A DNA stretch of 63,499 nt, filler included, from Octopus bimaculoides (GCF_001194135.2; 9 parts of 8 records of this genome joined end to end with filler, not necessarily neighbours in it); one strand, 5' to 3'. Shown: positions 1-14,034, counted from the whole stretch's first letter. The notes: generated from the sequence alone by a model not told the origin. A program made the numbers and translations.

Positions 1-290
1 ATATACGTAATACATATATATATATACAATACATATATATATATACGTAATACATACGTATATATAATACATATATATACGTAATACATATATATATATA
101 TACACGTAATACATATATATACATATACGTAATAAATATAGGTATATATATATATATGTAATAAATATATATATACGTTATATATACACGTAATATATAT
201 ATACGTAATTATATATATATATATACATAACTATATATACGTAATAGATATATATACGAAATAAATATGTATATATATATATATATACGA
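1..290. repeat. AT-rich microsatellite/minisatellite built on TATATACGTAAT(A) units
   Basis: Repeated atatacgtaat(a) motifs interleaved with (TA)n; the same motif recurs at 4498-5039. Confidence 0.9.
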
Positions 291-3200
291 ACGAATGAAC
301 GATCGAACGAACGAACAAACGAAAGAATGTACGTACATACGTACGAATGAACGAACGAACGAAAGATGGAACGTACGAATGAATGAACGAACGTAGGTAT
401 TTACGTACGTATATACGTACGTTTGTTCTTACGTACAAACGAACCTACGAACTAACGTACGTACGAATGAACTAAAGAACGTACGTACGTACGAACGAAC
501 GAAGGTACGTATGTACGAACGAACGATCGAACATACGTACGTATGGAAAGTTTCGAGGATTTTAGACCGACTTCCTAGACAATTCCGAGGGCTTCCTGGA
601 ACGAACGGAAGACCGAATGAAAAATAACAAACGAACGAAAGGCCGTATTTACGTAAGTAAGACCGAACAAACGAACGAACGAAAGTACTAACGTACGCAC
701 GAGCGAACGAACGTACTAACGAACGAAGGTACGTACGTACGTACGGACGATCGAACGTACGTACGAGCAAACGATAGAAAGGAGGAACGAAAGTGTTAAC
801 GAAAGAACGAACCAATGAACGTAAGAACGAACGTACCATCGAACGAACCAAATAACGAACAAACGTATGTACGAACGTAACAACGAACGAACCAACAAAC
901 GTACGTTTTAACGAACAAAGGTACGTAAGAACGAAAGAACTTACGTACGACAGTATGATCCAACGAACAAATTAACGAACGAAAAAAACTAACGAACAAA
1001 CGAACGTAAGTGCGTACGAACGTAAGAAAGAAAGAACTAACGAACGATCGAAAGAACAAACGCACGTACGAATGTATGTACGAACGAACAGATCAACAAA
1101 CGAACGAAAGAATGAACGTATGTACGTACTTCCGAACGAAAGAACGTACGTACATACGAAAGAAAGAACGAAAAAAAAATCGAACGAACGTACGTAGGTA
1201 TGCATGAAAGAACGAAAGTACGTACGAACGAACGAACGTACGTACGAAGGGACGAACGAACTAACGAACGAACGTACGTATGTACGTACGAAAGAAGGAA
1301 CGAACGTACGAGCAAACTAAAGAACGAACAAACGAAAGGAAGAACGAACGAACTTACGTAAATAAGTGCGAATAAACGAAAGAACGAACGTACGTGCATA
1401 CGAACGAACGAACAAACGAAATCAAACGTATGTACTTAAATACGTACGTCCGAACGAACGAAGGTAAGTACATACAAACGGACGAACAAAACAAGGGATG
1501 AAAGAAAGTAAGTACGTACGCACGAACGAAAGAAAAAAAACAAACGAACGAACGAAAGAACGTATTTACGTAAGAACAAACGTAGGTACGTACGTACGAA
1601 AGACAGAACGAACGAAAGTACTAACGTACACACGAAAGAACGAACGTAGGTACGTGCTTACGTACGAACGATCGAACGTACGTACGTACGAAGAAACGAT
1701 AGAAAGGAGGAATGAAAGTGTTAACGAAAGAACGAACCAATGAACGTAAGAACGAACGTACCATCGAACGAACCAAATAACGAACAAACGTATGTACGAA
1801 CGTAGCAACGACCGAAAGAACGTACGAACGAACCAACCATCTTACGTGTGTACGTACGTGTGTACGTACGTCTGTACGTACGAATGACCGAACGAAAGAT
1901 GGAACGTACGAACGAAGGAACGAATGTACGTATGTACGTACGTATGTACGTACGTTCGTTCTTACGTACGAACAAACGAACGAACTAAAGTACGTACGAA
2001 CGAACGATCGAACATTCGTACGTGTGGAAAGTTCCGAGGATTTAAGATCGACTTCCTGGAAAATTCCGAGGATTTCCTGGAACGAACGAAAGTACAAATT
2101 AACGAACGAAAGAACGTTTTTACGTAAGTAAGAACGAAAGAACGTATTTACGTAAGTAAGAACGAACGAACGAAAGAACAAACGAACGAACGTAGGTACG
2201 TACGTACGAAAGACAGAACGAACGAAAGTACTAACGTACGCACGAACGAAAGTACTAACGTACGCACGAACGAAAGTACTAACGCACGAACGAACGTACT
2301 AACGAACGAACGTAGGTACGTACGTACGTACGAACGATCGAACGTACGTACGAACAAACGATAGAAAGAAGGAACGAAAGTGTTAACGAAAGAACGAACC
2401 AATGAACGTAAGAACGGACGTACCATCGAACGAATCAAATAAGGAACAAGCGTATGTACGAACGTAACAACGACCGAAAGAACGTACGTACTAACGAACG
2501 AACCAACCAATGTACGTACGTACGTGTGTACGTACGAATGAACGAACGAATGTACGTGCGTACGAACGATCAATCGAACGAACGAACGAACGTACGTACG
2601 AACGAACGAACGATCGAACGTACAAACGAAAGATCGAACGAACAAACGAAAGATCGAACGAACAAACGAAAGATCGAACGAACAAACGAAAGATCGAACG
2701 AACAAAGGTACGTAAGAACGAACAAACGAACGAACGAACTTACCTACGTACTTACGTACGTACGTACGACAGTAGGATCCAACGAACAAATGAACGAACG
2801 AACGAACGAACGTAAGTCCGTACGAATGTCAGAAAGAAAGAACTAACGATCGATCGAAAGACCAAACGCACGTACGAATGTATGTACGAACGAACAGATC
2901 AACAAACGAGCGAAAGAATGAACGTATGTACGTACTTCCGAACGAAAGAACGAACAAACGTACGTACATACGAAAGAAAGATCGAACGAACGTACGTACG
3001 TACGAATGTACGCATGAACGAACGAAAGTACGTTCGTAAGTACGTAAGTACGTACGAACGAACGTACGTACGATCGGACGAACGAACTAACGAACGTATG
3101 TAAGTACGAAAGAAGGAACGAGCAAACTAAAGAACGAACGAACGAAAGGAAGAACGGAGGAACGAACGAACTTACGTAAATAAGTACGAATAAACGAAAG

Positions 3201-4497
3201 AACGAAAGTACGTGCATACGAATGAACGAACAAACGAACGTACGAACATTCGTCCGTACGTACAAACGAACGAGCGAACGAACGTACGTACGTACGAACG
3301 AACGAAATGACGGAACGAACGTACAAACGAACGAACGAACAAATGTACGTACATAGGAACGAACGAACGAACAAATGTACGTACATAGGAACGAACGAAC
3401 GAACGAACGAGAGATCAAACGTATGTACTTAAATACGTACGTACGAACGAATGAAGGTAAGTACATACGAACGGACGAACAAAACAAGGGATGAACGAAC
3501 GTAAGTACGTACGTACGAACGAATGATAAAACGAACAAATAAACGAACGAACGAATGAATGTACGTACCTACGTACGAATGAATAAACGAACGAACTAAA
3601 TAACGTACGTACGTACGTACGAACGAACGATAGAACATTCGTACGTATGGAAAGTTCCGACGATTTAAGATCGACTTCCTGGAACGAACGAAAGAACGAA
3701 TGAAAAAACAAACGAACGAAAGAACGTATTTACGTAAGAACAAACGAACGAACGTGGGTACGTACGTACGAAAAACAGAACGAACGTAAGTACTAATGTA
3801 CGCACGAACGAACGAATGTATGTACAAACAAGCGATTGAAAGGAGGAACGAAAGTGTTAACGAAAGAACGAACCAATGAACGTAAGAACGAACGTACCAT
3901 CGTACGAACCAAATAGCGAACAAACGTATGTACGAACGTAACAACGACCGAAAGAACTTACGTACTAACGAACGAACCAACCATCGTACGTACGAATGAA
4001 CGAACGAACGTACATGCGTACGTACGAAAGAACGATCAAACGTACGTACGTTCCAAAGAACGTACGTACGAACGTACGTATGTAGGCACGAAAGAACGAA
4101 CGAACGAACGAACGAACGAATGAAAGAACGAACGAACGAACGTTTTAACGAACAAAGGTACGCAAGAACGAACAAACGAACAAAAGAACTTGCCTACGTA
4201 CTTACGTACGTACGTACGACAGTAAGATCTAACGAACGAAAGTGCGCACGAACGTAAGAAAGAAAGAACTAACGAACGATCGAAAGAACAAACGCACGTA
4301 CGAACGAACAGATCAACAAACGAACGAACAAACGAAAGAATGAACGCATGTACGTACTTCCGAACGAATGAACGAAGAAACGTAAGTACGTACGAAAGAA
4401 AGATCGTACGAACGTACGCATGAACAAACGAACTAACGAACGAATGTACGTATGAAAGAAGGAACGAACGTACGTACTTACAAATGAACGAACGTAC
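291..4497. repeat. Complex CpG-rich satellite of ACGA/ACGAA/ACGT units with ~1.4-2.0 kb higher-order repeats
   Basis: Dominated by acgaacgaac and acgtacgtac. Unique marker strings recur, e.g. g(t/c)atggaaagtt(t/c)cga near 541/2022/3645 and gacagta(t/g/a)gatc at 949/2768/4218. The many R/S/F/V/Y/T-rich ORFs are translations of the repeat. Confidence 0.92.
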
Positions 4498-5039
4498 GTA
4501 ATAAATATATATACATAAATATATATACGTAATAAATATATATACATAAATATATATACGTAATAAATATATATACATAAATATATACGTAATAAATATA
4601 TATACATATATATGTAATAAATATATATACATGTAATAAATATATATACATGTAATAAATATACATATATGTAATAAATATATATATATATACGTAATTA
4701 ATATACATATATATACGTAATTAATATACATATATATACGTAATATATATATACACAGATATATACGTAATATATATCTATATATACGTAATATATATCT
4801 ATATGTAGATATATATATATACGTATATATATATGTACGTAATAAATATGTACGTAATAAATATATATATATATATACGTATATATATATGTACGTAATA
4901 AATATATATATATATACGTAATATATATATATTACGAATATATATACACGTAATATATATATATATATATATTACGTAATATATATATAACGTAATATAT
5001 ATATATATACGTAATATATATATATACGTATATATATAT
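4498..5039. repeat. AT-rich TATATACGTAATAAA microsatellite, running into a gap
   Basis: Repeated gtaataaatatatatatac units. Confidence 0.9.
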
Positions 5040-5995
5040 NNNNNNNNNNNNNNNNNNNNNNNNNNNNNNNNNNNNNNNNNNNNNNNNNNNNNNNNNNNNN
5101 NNNNNNNNNNNNNNNNNNNNNNNNNNNNNNNNNNNNNNNTGTGTGTGTGTGTGTGTGTGTACACATATTTGTGTGCGTATGTTAGTATTGTTAAAAACAC
5201 GAAGATTATTGACCATAGCCTTTTGAAGTTTGTCGTTTTAATTTAGGTCGGTCTTGACCGAGTAAGCCTATAATAAAATGTCTTCCAGCTGTGGCCCTCT
5301 TAACTTTGATCTAGACTCAGTGAATCTTAGACCAGATTATCTAAAATATTTCTCTTATAAAAGTTAGTTTCCAGTTTCCAATAAACGCTATTGAAATTAA
5401 GACATTTCTTTGTTACAGCAATTAAACATCTCTCTCCACCACTCCCCCCCTCTCTCTCTCATACACACACTCAACTGCTACAAACATTGGCTGAATAAAA
5501 GATTGAGTATATGTGTGACGTTGAATAAATATACACAATTTTCATAAGTGTCATAATTACCAATACGACAGTTTTGCAAAAATATTTCTGACTGAAAATA
5601 TCATACATGCATGGAGTTACGATTTTATGCACCCAACAAAGTATTATTGTTAAGCCGAAACTGTTGCTAATGTAAAAAGAAATGGAATGGCGAAACTGTT
5701 TTTTTCGTTTTAGGCTTAAGACAATTTTTCATAATAGCAACTATATATATATATATATATATGATACAAATAATAAATGAGTATATGCATATATATGTAC
5801 ATGTATGTACATACCTACATCTACATGTATATATAGGTGCATATCTGGGTACAGGATGTTGCAAAAAAAACGTGGACAAAATGATAAACAGAGTACAGAA
5901 AACACACAGGCCACATAGAGAACATTTTCCTTCATCAGCTGCCACCATTCTAAAACTAAGCGTTTCAAAGAGTTTTATATATATATATATATATA

Positions 5996-6066
5996 GGCAC
6001 GGCTGTATGGTAAGATGCTTGCTTCCCAACTACATGGTTCCGTGGCACTTTGGGCAAGTGTCTTCT
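5996..6066 (+). mobile_element. SINE family A, 5' fragment with internal deletion
   Basis: aggcacggctgtatggtaag...catggttcc...gtggcactttgggcaagtgtcttct matches the heads at 44925 and 49649-50080. Confidence 0.75.
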
Positions 6067-6110
6067 NNNNNNNNNNNNNNNNNNNNNNNNNNNNNNNNNN
6101 NNNNNNNNNN

Positions 6111-6122
6111 TTAATTAATTAA
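6111..6122. other. Artificial scaffold linker TTAATTAATTAA (stops in all six frames) inside a 100-nt N gap
   Basis: Identical 44N+TTAATTAATTAA+44N blocks with the linker at 6111, 12121, 14619, 23806, 45141, 47459, 55437 and 60911. Confidence 0.93.
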
Positions 6123-6166
6123 NNNNNNNNNNNNNNNNNNNNNNNNNNNNNNNNNNNNNNNNNNNN

Positions 6167-6213
<47 letters not shown>

Positions 6214-6315
6214 AGCGGGGAGAGAGAAAGTGACTAGGCATATTAAGCAGACAAAACTAATGGCGATTTCTTATTTTCTTATTTCTTATTCCTTATTTCC
6301 TTATTTCTTATTTTC

Positions 6316-7012
6316 CAGATGGCCTGCCGCTTGACTGTTCAGGAGCGAGCTAAGATAGCAGCAATCTATGAACTGTGGAATTCCATTGTTTGGTTCAGAG
6401 ACGGTGGCGTGCATTGAAAGATAAGCATGCAACACTACGTCGGAGACAATAAAAATTTGTAATGCGATGCTGATGACCAGTGGCTCTGTGAACGATGCAG
6501 GAAAGTGGTTGTGCAACCGCTTGCCGATCAGCAGAGAACGTGGCATCAATGCAGCAAATGTTTAATCGCAACCCGCAAAAATAAACGTGTAGCATTTTCT
6601 GAAGGTGTATAAATAAGACACATACTATGTATGGTGTAGCATAAAGAATTGAATTTTCGTCTGTGGAAACCCCATTATGTTCAGGAGGTAAAACTTGAAG
6701 ACTGTGACCGCAGAAGTTCAGAAGGCCAGTCTCACCCCATGTGATTTTTACCTGTGGAGTTACATAATGTAGATGTGCAAGACAAAACCTTGCAAACTGG
6801 AAGGGAGGAGCTGGTGACACACATTTAGGAGGTTCTCAATGATATTAAAGACGACGTCCTTCAGAGGGTTGTTCATTCCATCTCTGGCCGTTTGAGGAGA
6901 CTGATTGACATCACCGGAACATGTGTCATTTCTTTCAATAAATTCATAAAAACAATATGGATTTTAGGACCAATTCTTAATGCCTACTTACTTCCCACCC
7001 ATCCTGTGCATC
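6316..7012 (+). mobile_element. Internally deleted, decayed Tc1/mariner-superfamily transposon
   Basis: Broken translation gives MACRLTVQERAKIAAIYELWNSI..VQRRWRA (N-terminal HTH) and LTPCDFYLWSY (degenerate SPDLTPCDFFLWG catalytic motif); ends in a TIR-like cacccatcctgtg. Confidence 0.65.
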
Positions 7013-8208
7013 CTTAACAGTCTGTTTGGTTCCTCTCACTTTCTCTCTCTTCTCACTCTTTCTATATGTGTGTGTATGTGTATTACATATATATCGTACG
7101 CATATACATATGTGCATATAATTATAGATCCAGGTATCTGGAATCTTTCACTTCTTTCCATCAATCGATTACAGCCATGCAGGAGCATCGCGTCGGAAGA
7201 TTTTGTAATACAAAACTTCCTCAGGACTGAGTTTCCACTCACCCACGGTTTTTTTTTTTTGGGGGGGGGAGTCAGTTTTGCCGAACCGCTAAGCTATGGG
7301 GACGTGAGCAAAACCACAGTAGCTATCAAACAGTGGAGTGGCGGGACAAAAAGTAAGATTAAAGCATATACATACGTTCATATCCATCCATTCATCTACA
7401 AACACACAAACACTCAAAAAAAAAAAAATGATATAAATATGCTTACAATATAAATGTAGGCACGTTTCAGTTTGAATGAGTAATTTTCTGTGTTCCTGTG
7501 TCTAATTTTCAAACTGCTAGGACATATTAATCATCCTGATCACCGTTCTAATCGTTGCATTTATCATGTTCCTTTACAGATATTGCATAAGCCAAATTCA
7601 TTAAAATTAAGTAGGCAGTAGAAAAACAAAAATACAAAAATATTGGGTCTTACAGAAACACGTTTAAAGGTAAATAACTCTCGCATTCTTTTTAGAGTTG
7701 TCTCCCCTGAATGAATGCTACGTTCACATATTTACATTTGCGACTATTGTTATGCATTATCTGGCTTATTTTGCTCATCACCTCCTTTAAGGAATATAAT
7801 TGTGTGGTAAGAGGAAGAGATAAGGATTTCTCTTATTGTAGCGTAACATCTATGTGAAGCTTTAATTGAGCAATTAGTAAAATGATAGCCTGGCTGATAA
7901 ACGTAAAGTTGCTTACTTAACGTATTGTTCCGTTGCGAATGAATGAGTGTGTGTGTGAATGTGTGTGTGTATTGTGTGCGCGCTCGCTCGTGCGTTTGTT
8001 TGCCTCTGCCCTGATTTCACTAAGCGTTTTCGGTAAATATATAAATATTTATTTACTTAAACATGAGATGTTCATCTGATGGATGATTTTCGTTCGTCTG
8101 TCCTTGTATATTCATCTATAAACTTACATGTACATATCTGTGTATATTTTATATATCAAGTCAAACGTGTTTATTTACTAGTTGGCACCATTATCTGTGT
8201 GTGTGTGT

Positions 8209-8291
<83 letters not shown>

Positions 8292-10490
8292 AGTTTGTGT
8301 GTGTGCGTACATATATATATATATATACAAACACACGCAGATAGATAGCTAGAGAGAGAGATAGAGAGAGAATGATAGGGAGTTTATATACATATCTAAT
8401 GTTACTGCACCCTTCATTCCGCCCCACTCTAACGTCGTCTACATTACTCTCTCTCTCTCTCTCTCTCCCTCTCTCTCTCTCACCCTCTCTCTCTCTCTGT
8501 CTCTCTCTCTCTCGTTCTCACACTCCCTCTCTTTCTCTGGCTCCCTGTCTCACTTCCTCCTTGTCTTCTTCTCTTTCTCATAGACGTAAGTCTCAAACAT
8601 CCCTTAATTCCTGGTATTTGTGTCTAAGACTGTGATAGCGGTCACTGAAACAATATATCTTCCAATGTTCTAAACCATAAACAGCAGCAGTGGCGATAAA
8701 ATGCAGTAGTCTGGGTATTCTGTTTCTCAAGCCAAAGACGACTAGTTTATGATAAAATAGGGCTTACGATCACTCATTGGGCCCCAAACCTTCAACGGAC
8801 AGTATCTTTTTCTGATGGGATTGGGGAGCGTCCTGTATTCTCAATCCCGTAAACACCACGGAAACAGACCAAGCCCCAGTCTCATGAGATTGTAAACACG
8901 GAGCCGACAAACAAATAATGAGCTATTCAAGAATGTATGAGTTGTAAAATATATGGAATACATTTAAGCTACAAAACTATAAATTGCCAGTTTATGTAGC
9001 ATGTTGTTGGTGATGTTGTTTCATACCAGGTCACATTTGATTGAAATGACTTATAATAAATGGTGCTGTGTTTTTTAAACAGAATTTTGGGATTGGAGGG
9101 ATATCTTACAAATATTTTTGATCTAATAGAAGAACAACGTTCCCTTTGATAACTGGAGAGGAACCTATTGTTATAGATGTTATTATCATTAGAGAAACCA
9201 TCAAAGAATATTTAGCCATATTTTAGTAAAGTAATTAACCTCAATACTCAATACTCAATACTGGTGTGTGGCTTTAAGACGTCGGATAGAATGTTTTGGC
9301 GCATTTGTTCTCACTCTTGGCATCTGAGGGCAAGACTCGCTGCGGCTAACTTTGCTTTTTAGTCCTTTTGAGATATTAATGAAAACACTAACTTAATGTT
9401 TTCAGAATTGTTAGATCGTCGTTTTCTCTTTAAACATTTTACATTCTAAGATCAAGTTCCGTCACATTATACGCTGCAAAGTGGTGTAAAGGCGGACTTT
9501 AGAGATTTTGGAAATGGTGATGGAGCAGCAATGAGAGTCGAAGTGATGGATTGAGTAGAGTAATGTCCCAGTATCCTCAACATGCATCAATGTTGACACT
9601 GCATTAATTCTTCATGATTTCAAAACGAATAATTTTCAGAAATACTCTATATTAAGGAGTTGCGCATTACTTAACATAAAGTATAAGTTTTACCTTTTTA
9701 TGGAGTATTACTCTATACAAATACACTATTTTAAACATGTGAAAGACATTTATAACAAGAGAAGATAACTACCATTATATTATCGATACAGTTATTTTAC
9801 AATCCGTAGGGAATAAGTTATTTCAAACTAACTATAAACATGATTGAAAGTGACCATAAGCAAGGGAAAAGCTCACCATCACATCTAAAACTTAATCTAA
9901 AACTACATAGCTAAAGTAATTACAAAATATATCACATTGACTATTATTTCAACCATATTTGACGGTCTGAAAATCTTTAGAGTATGGGACAAAAAGTGTT
10001 GTGGTTTTTCTACTTCCGCCGAAATCTATATCCGAGGCTGATTTTATCCCTGCTCGACTGTGCGTCTGAAATTTGCTTCACTGGCGATAACGTAACCTGT
10101 CACCGAGCCGGTACAGTATCAGTCGCTCGTTCGAGGGCCATACATTTTCGAGGAGGTGTATTAGGCAGGCAAGTTATTATACACACCTGAACTGATTCCA
10201 GTTACCGTGAACACTGTCATTCTGTGGCCCCAATTCAACATCTCCCGAATATGGTATGATAAAAGTCAAAGAAAATCCAAATCCGTATTGGGAAAAAACA
10301 AAGAAGTTCCTTGTGAAACGTCAGTGATAGGGAAGAAGAATAGGTAGAATATGAAGTGGCATGAGGAAAGCAGAGATGGAAGGATGAGAGGGAAAAAATA
10401 TTGACAAGGAATTAGTTTCTCAAACAAAGCTGAACAAGTGATCTCCCTTTGATCAATTTCTCTCTCTCTCTCTCTCTCTGTCTGTCTGTA

Positions 10491-10530
<40 letters not shown>

Positions 10531-10604
10531 ATACCTGAATCTATTTTAAGTAACAATTCTTTTCAGTTACACGTTTATTTGGTTCGTTTTATTGCTTGGA
10601 GTGG

Positions 10605-10830
10605 AGGCGCAGAATTTAGTGGTTAGGGTACTGGACTTATTATCAAACGAATGTGGTTTCGATTCCTGAACCGAGCGATGCGTTATGTTCGTGAACAAAC
10701 CATTTCATTTCAGGTTGCTTCAGTTCATTCAGCTGATAAAGATTAAGTTAACCTCAGACGAACCATCGTCCCGTCCAGAGAAAAATATATACTCATGAGA
10801 AACCGGGAAACCGGCCGTATGATCCTTACA
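10605..10830 (+). mobile_element. SINE family C, decayed tRNA-derived copy
   Basis: A-box-like tagtggttag, B-box-like gtttcgattcc, then a core resembling 23413-23745 and a tail cgtcccgtccag...gagaaaccgggaaaccggcc. Confidence 0.6.
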
Positions 10831-11078
10831 GAGTAACACTAGTACTTAGATGAAAGTCGGACCAGACACTGGAATTTTGATAATAGACACCCAAGCAATG
10901 ATAATAGACACCTCATTGAGTGCGTGTGTACACACACGCACACACACACATGCACACACACACACTAATGCGCGCGCGCATACACACAAACACACACACT
11001 CACAAACACACACACACACATACACACACGCACACACATACACACACACAGAGGCACACACACACACATATATTTTTA

Positions 11079-11253
11079 CACGACCGGGACGTGCCTCTTT
11101 TAGTTTCCGTCTACCAAATCCACTCACAAGGCCTTGGTCGGTCCGAGGCTATAATAGAAGACAGTTGCTCAAGGTGCCACGCAGTGGGACTGAACCCGGA
11201 ACCATATGGTTGGGAAGCAAGTTTTTTTTACCACACAGCCACTCCTGCGCCTA
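11079..11253 (-). mobile_element. SINE family A, head and core
   Basis: Reverse complement of ggagtggctgtgtggtaa...gggttcagtcccactgcgtggcaccttgagcaa...ggaaactaaaagagg. Confidence 0.88.
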
Positions 11254-11904
11254 TGTATACATATTTATAGTTTGTCTGTGTAGTATACAAAACTCTGATG
11301 TATTCTTTCGAGTAACAATTCTTCAAAGTTGTGCCCAAGAATGGTGTTAGTCTGATGAATGGAACAAGTAAAAGATAAGAAAGATGAACAGATAGATAGA
11401 TAGAAAGAGCGGGAGGGAGGGAGAAACAGAAAGAGAGAAAGAAAGAGAGAGTGGAGGGAGAGAGGAGGAAAAAGAGAGATAGAGAGAGAAATACAGGTAA
11501 TGGATAGATCGATATCCATATATTGTACGATCTCCATACACGCAGGTACTATACGTGTTACATAATGGTATGATCAATGAGGAAGAGTAATTTCCCCTGG
11601 ATCAAATAATTTCACGCGCAAACACTCGCGCGTGCATATACATGACGACAACGGCTATCACCACCACCACCAGCACCACCACAACCACCACCACCAATAA
11701 CAACAACTAGAGTAACACAACTAACAACTACTACAATAAAAATTCTAACATCTATGAAATAAAGGCTATAAATAGGAGCCAATCTTACTCTAAACATTTC
11801 TTAGTGAGAAAAGGAAAAAAAACTTACAATTATTTAAATAAATATTACATATTTAAATCATTCTAAGTTTTGCCTCTTAGTTATATAATTATAGCTACAG
11901 GCAT

Positions 11905-12076
11905 GTCTGTGTGCTAAGAAGCCTGCTTTCCGACAACATGGTTCGTTCTTCAGTCTCACTTCATGGCACTTTAGGCAAGTGTCTGCTACTGTAACCTTGG
12001 TTCGATCAAAGTTATGTGGGTGGATTTTGTTGACGGAAACTGAAAGAAGCCCATCGAACATATATGCATATATATA
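11905..12076 (+). mobile_element. SINE family A, diverged head and core ending at a (TA)n gap
   Basis: ggcatgtctgtgtgctaag...ggcactttaggcaagtgtct...gacggaaactgaaagaagccc. Confidence 0.8.
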
Positions 12077-12176
12077 NNNNNNNNNNNNNNNNNNNNNNNN
12101 NNNNNNNNNNNNNNNNNNNNTTAATTAATTAANNNNNNNNNNNNNNNNNNNNNNNNNNNNNNNNNNNNNNNNNNNN

Positions 12177-12207
<31 letters not shown>

Positions 12208-13029
12208 AGTGTATTATTAGCTGTATATTGTATGTGGTTCTGTGATGCAATATAGTAAAGCTAAGTTTTATTTTTACGAAGATAATATAAAGCGTTAGCT
12301 ATATAGTATATTTGACAGTTTTATATGTTTTTTTTGTCGTTTGTTTAATATATGTACCGAAAGATTTGACAATGTTTCCTAATTTTTCATTCCACCAGTT
12401 TTCACTATTAAAACCGTTTTGATCATTAACACTGTAATTTAAGCTGACGTTTGTATCAGACATCAGCTTAAATAAAATAATTTATTTAATGAGAAAAAGA
12501 AGTGTGTAACAATTTGTTCACGCTTCTTTTTTTTATTATTATATTATCTCTGTTTATTCTCTTGCATTTAACGATCGAGTTTTTATTATCTATATATAAC
12601 GCTGAAACGAATATAGGCAAGAAAGAAAGAACGAAAGAACGAAAGGAAACCAGAGAGAAAAAGGAGAAGAAGAAAAAATACAAGCTTAGTGAGATATAGA
12701 CGAATATGGAAGTTTTTCTTTTGTTGAAAAATATATAGTGTCATATCTGTATGAAACTTAATCGATAGTAGAGTCTGGTATTTTCTACAATGTGAAATAT
12801 CTTCTGCTTTTTAATGGCCGCCACAACGATCTATTTAGAATGACACAAACAATGTAAATAATCTGTTTTGACTGTGAATTCTAACAACAACATTTAATGT
12901 TCTACAGGCAAAAGAAGGGAGTCTATACGTTGTCGCCATAGTCGTTCTTGTCATTGCTTGTCCTTCCAAGAAATAGTAGTGAACTTTCTTTAGAATTACA
13001 TTGGAGTATATTGTTAAAAGAAAACGAAG

Positions 13030-13200
13030 GAAAACGAAACAAGTTATATCGACAAAAATGAAGGACACTTTCGATAATGTAGTCATAGATACTCGTAAGA
13101 CAGGATGGTCATGAATGGAATGTCTTTTGATTATAGTTTTGTTCAATCACGGTCGATTTGGAGCTAATCAATAATAACAGCAACAACAACAACAACAACA
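13030..13200 (+). mobile_element. Old interspersed repeat (family D) 3' end with (CAA)n tail
   Basis: gataatgtagtcatagatac...gacaggatggtcatgaatggaatgtctttgat...gatttggagctaatcaataataacagcaacaac; similar to 28025-28140, 29872-30035, 36380-36490 and 56980-57255. Confidence 0.55.
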
Positions 13201-14034
13201 AAGTAACCTAAATAACAACAACAATACTGCAACAACTGCAACAACTGCAACAGCGGCAGCAGCAGCGGCAGCAGCAGCAGCAACAGCAGCAACAGCAGCA
13301 ACAGCAACAACAGCTACAAAGACAACAGCAATACCACTATCACCAACACCACAACCAGCAGCAGCAGCAGCAGTACCACCACCACCATCACCACCACCAC
13401 CACCACCANNNNNNNNNNNNNNNNNNNNNNNNNNNNNNNNNNNNNNNNNNNNNNNNNNNNNNNNNNNNNNNNNNNNNNNNNNNNNNNNNNNNNNNNNNNN
13501 NNNNNNNNNNNNNNNNNNNNNNNNNNNNNNNNNNNNNNNNNNNNNNNNNNNNNNNNNNNNNNNNNNNNNNNNNNNNNNNNNNNNNNNNNNNNNNNNNNNN
13601 NNNNNNNNNNNNNNNNNNNNNNNNNNNNNNNNNNNNNNNNNNNNNNNNNNNNNNNNNNNNNNNNNNNNNNNNNNNNNNNNNNNNNNNNNNNNNNNNNNNN
13701 NNNNNNNNNNNNNNNNNNNNNNNNNNNNNNNNNNNNNNNNNNNNNNNNNNNNNNNNNNNNNNNNNNNNNNNNNNNNNNNNNNNNNNNNNNNNNNNNNNNN
13801 NNNNNNNNNNNNNNNNNNNNNNNNNNNNNNNNNNNNNNNNNNNNNNNNNNNNNNNNNNNNNNNNNNNNNNNNNNNTTCAGTAAATCAAAATTTGATATTT
13901 ATTCCCAGGAAACACTTAAAAAAACCTGGCGACTCTCAAAGACAAGGGGAAATAATTTCGGGTTGATTTTTATTTTTATGTGTACGTCATCTAGTACAAT
14001 ATTCCTCACCGCCGCCAACACACCACCACCACCA

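Noticed and set aside
291-4497. CRISPR-like array
   Set aside because: No constant repeat with unique spacers, no cas genes, and a eukaryotic context
178-4731. Dozens of overlapping 60-250 aa ORFs rich in R/S/F/V/Y/T or N/E/R/T/K
   Set aside because: They are translations of the ACGA/ACGT satellite, which lacks stops in several frames; there is no domain-like sequence
13170-13409. CAG/CAA/CCA run as a possible polyQ/A/T exon
   Set aside because: It grows out of the tail of repeat family D, has no splice signals or non-repetitive coding flank, and ends in a gap
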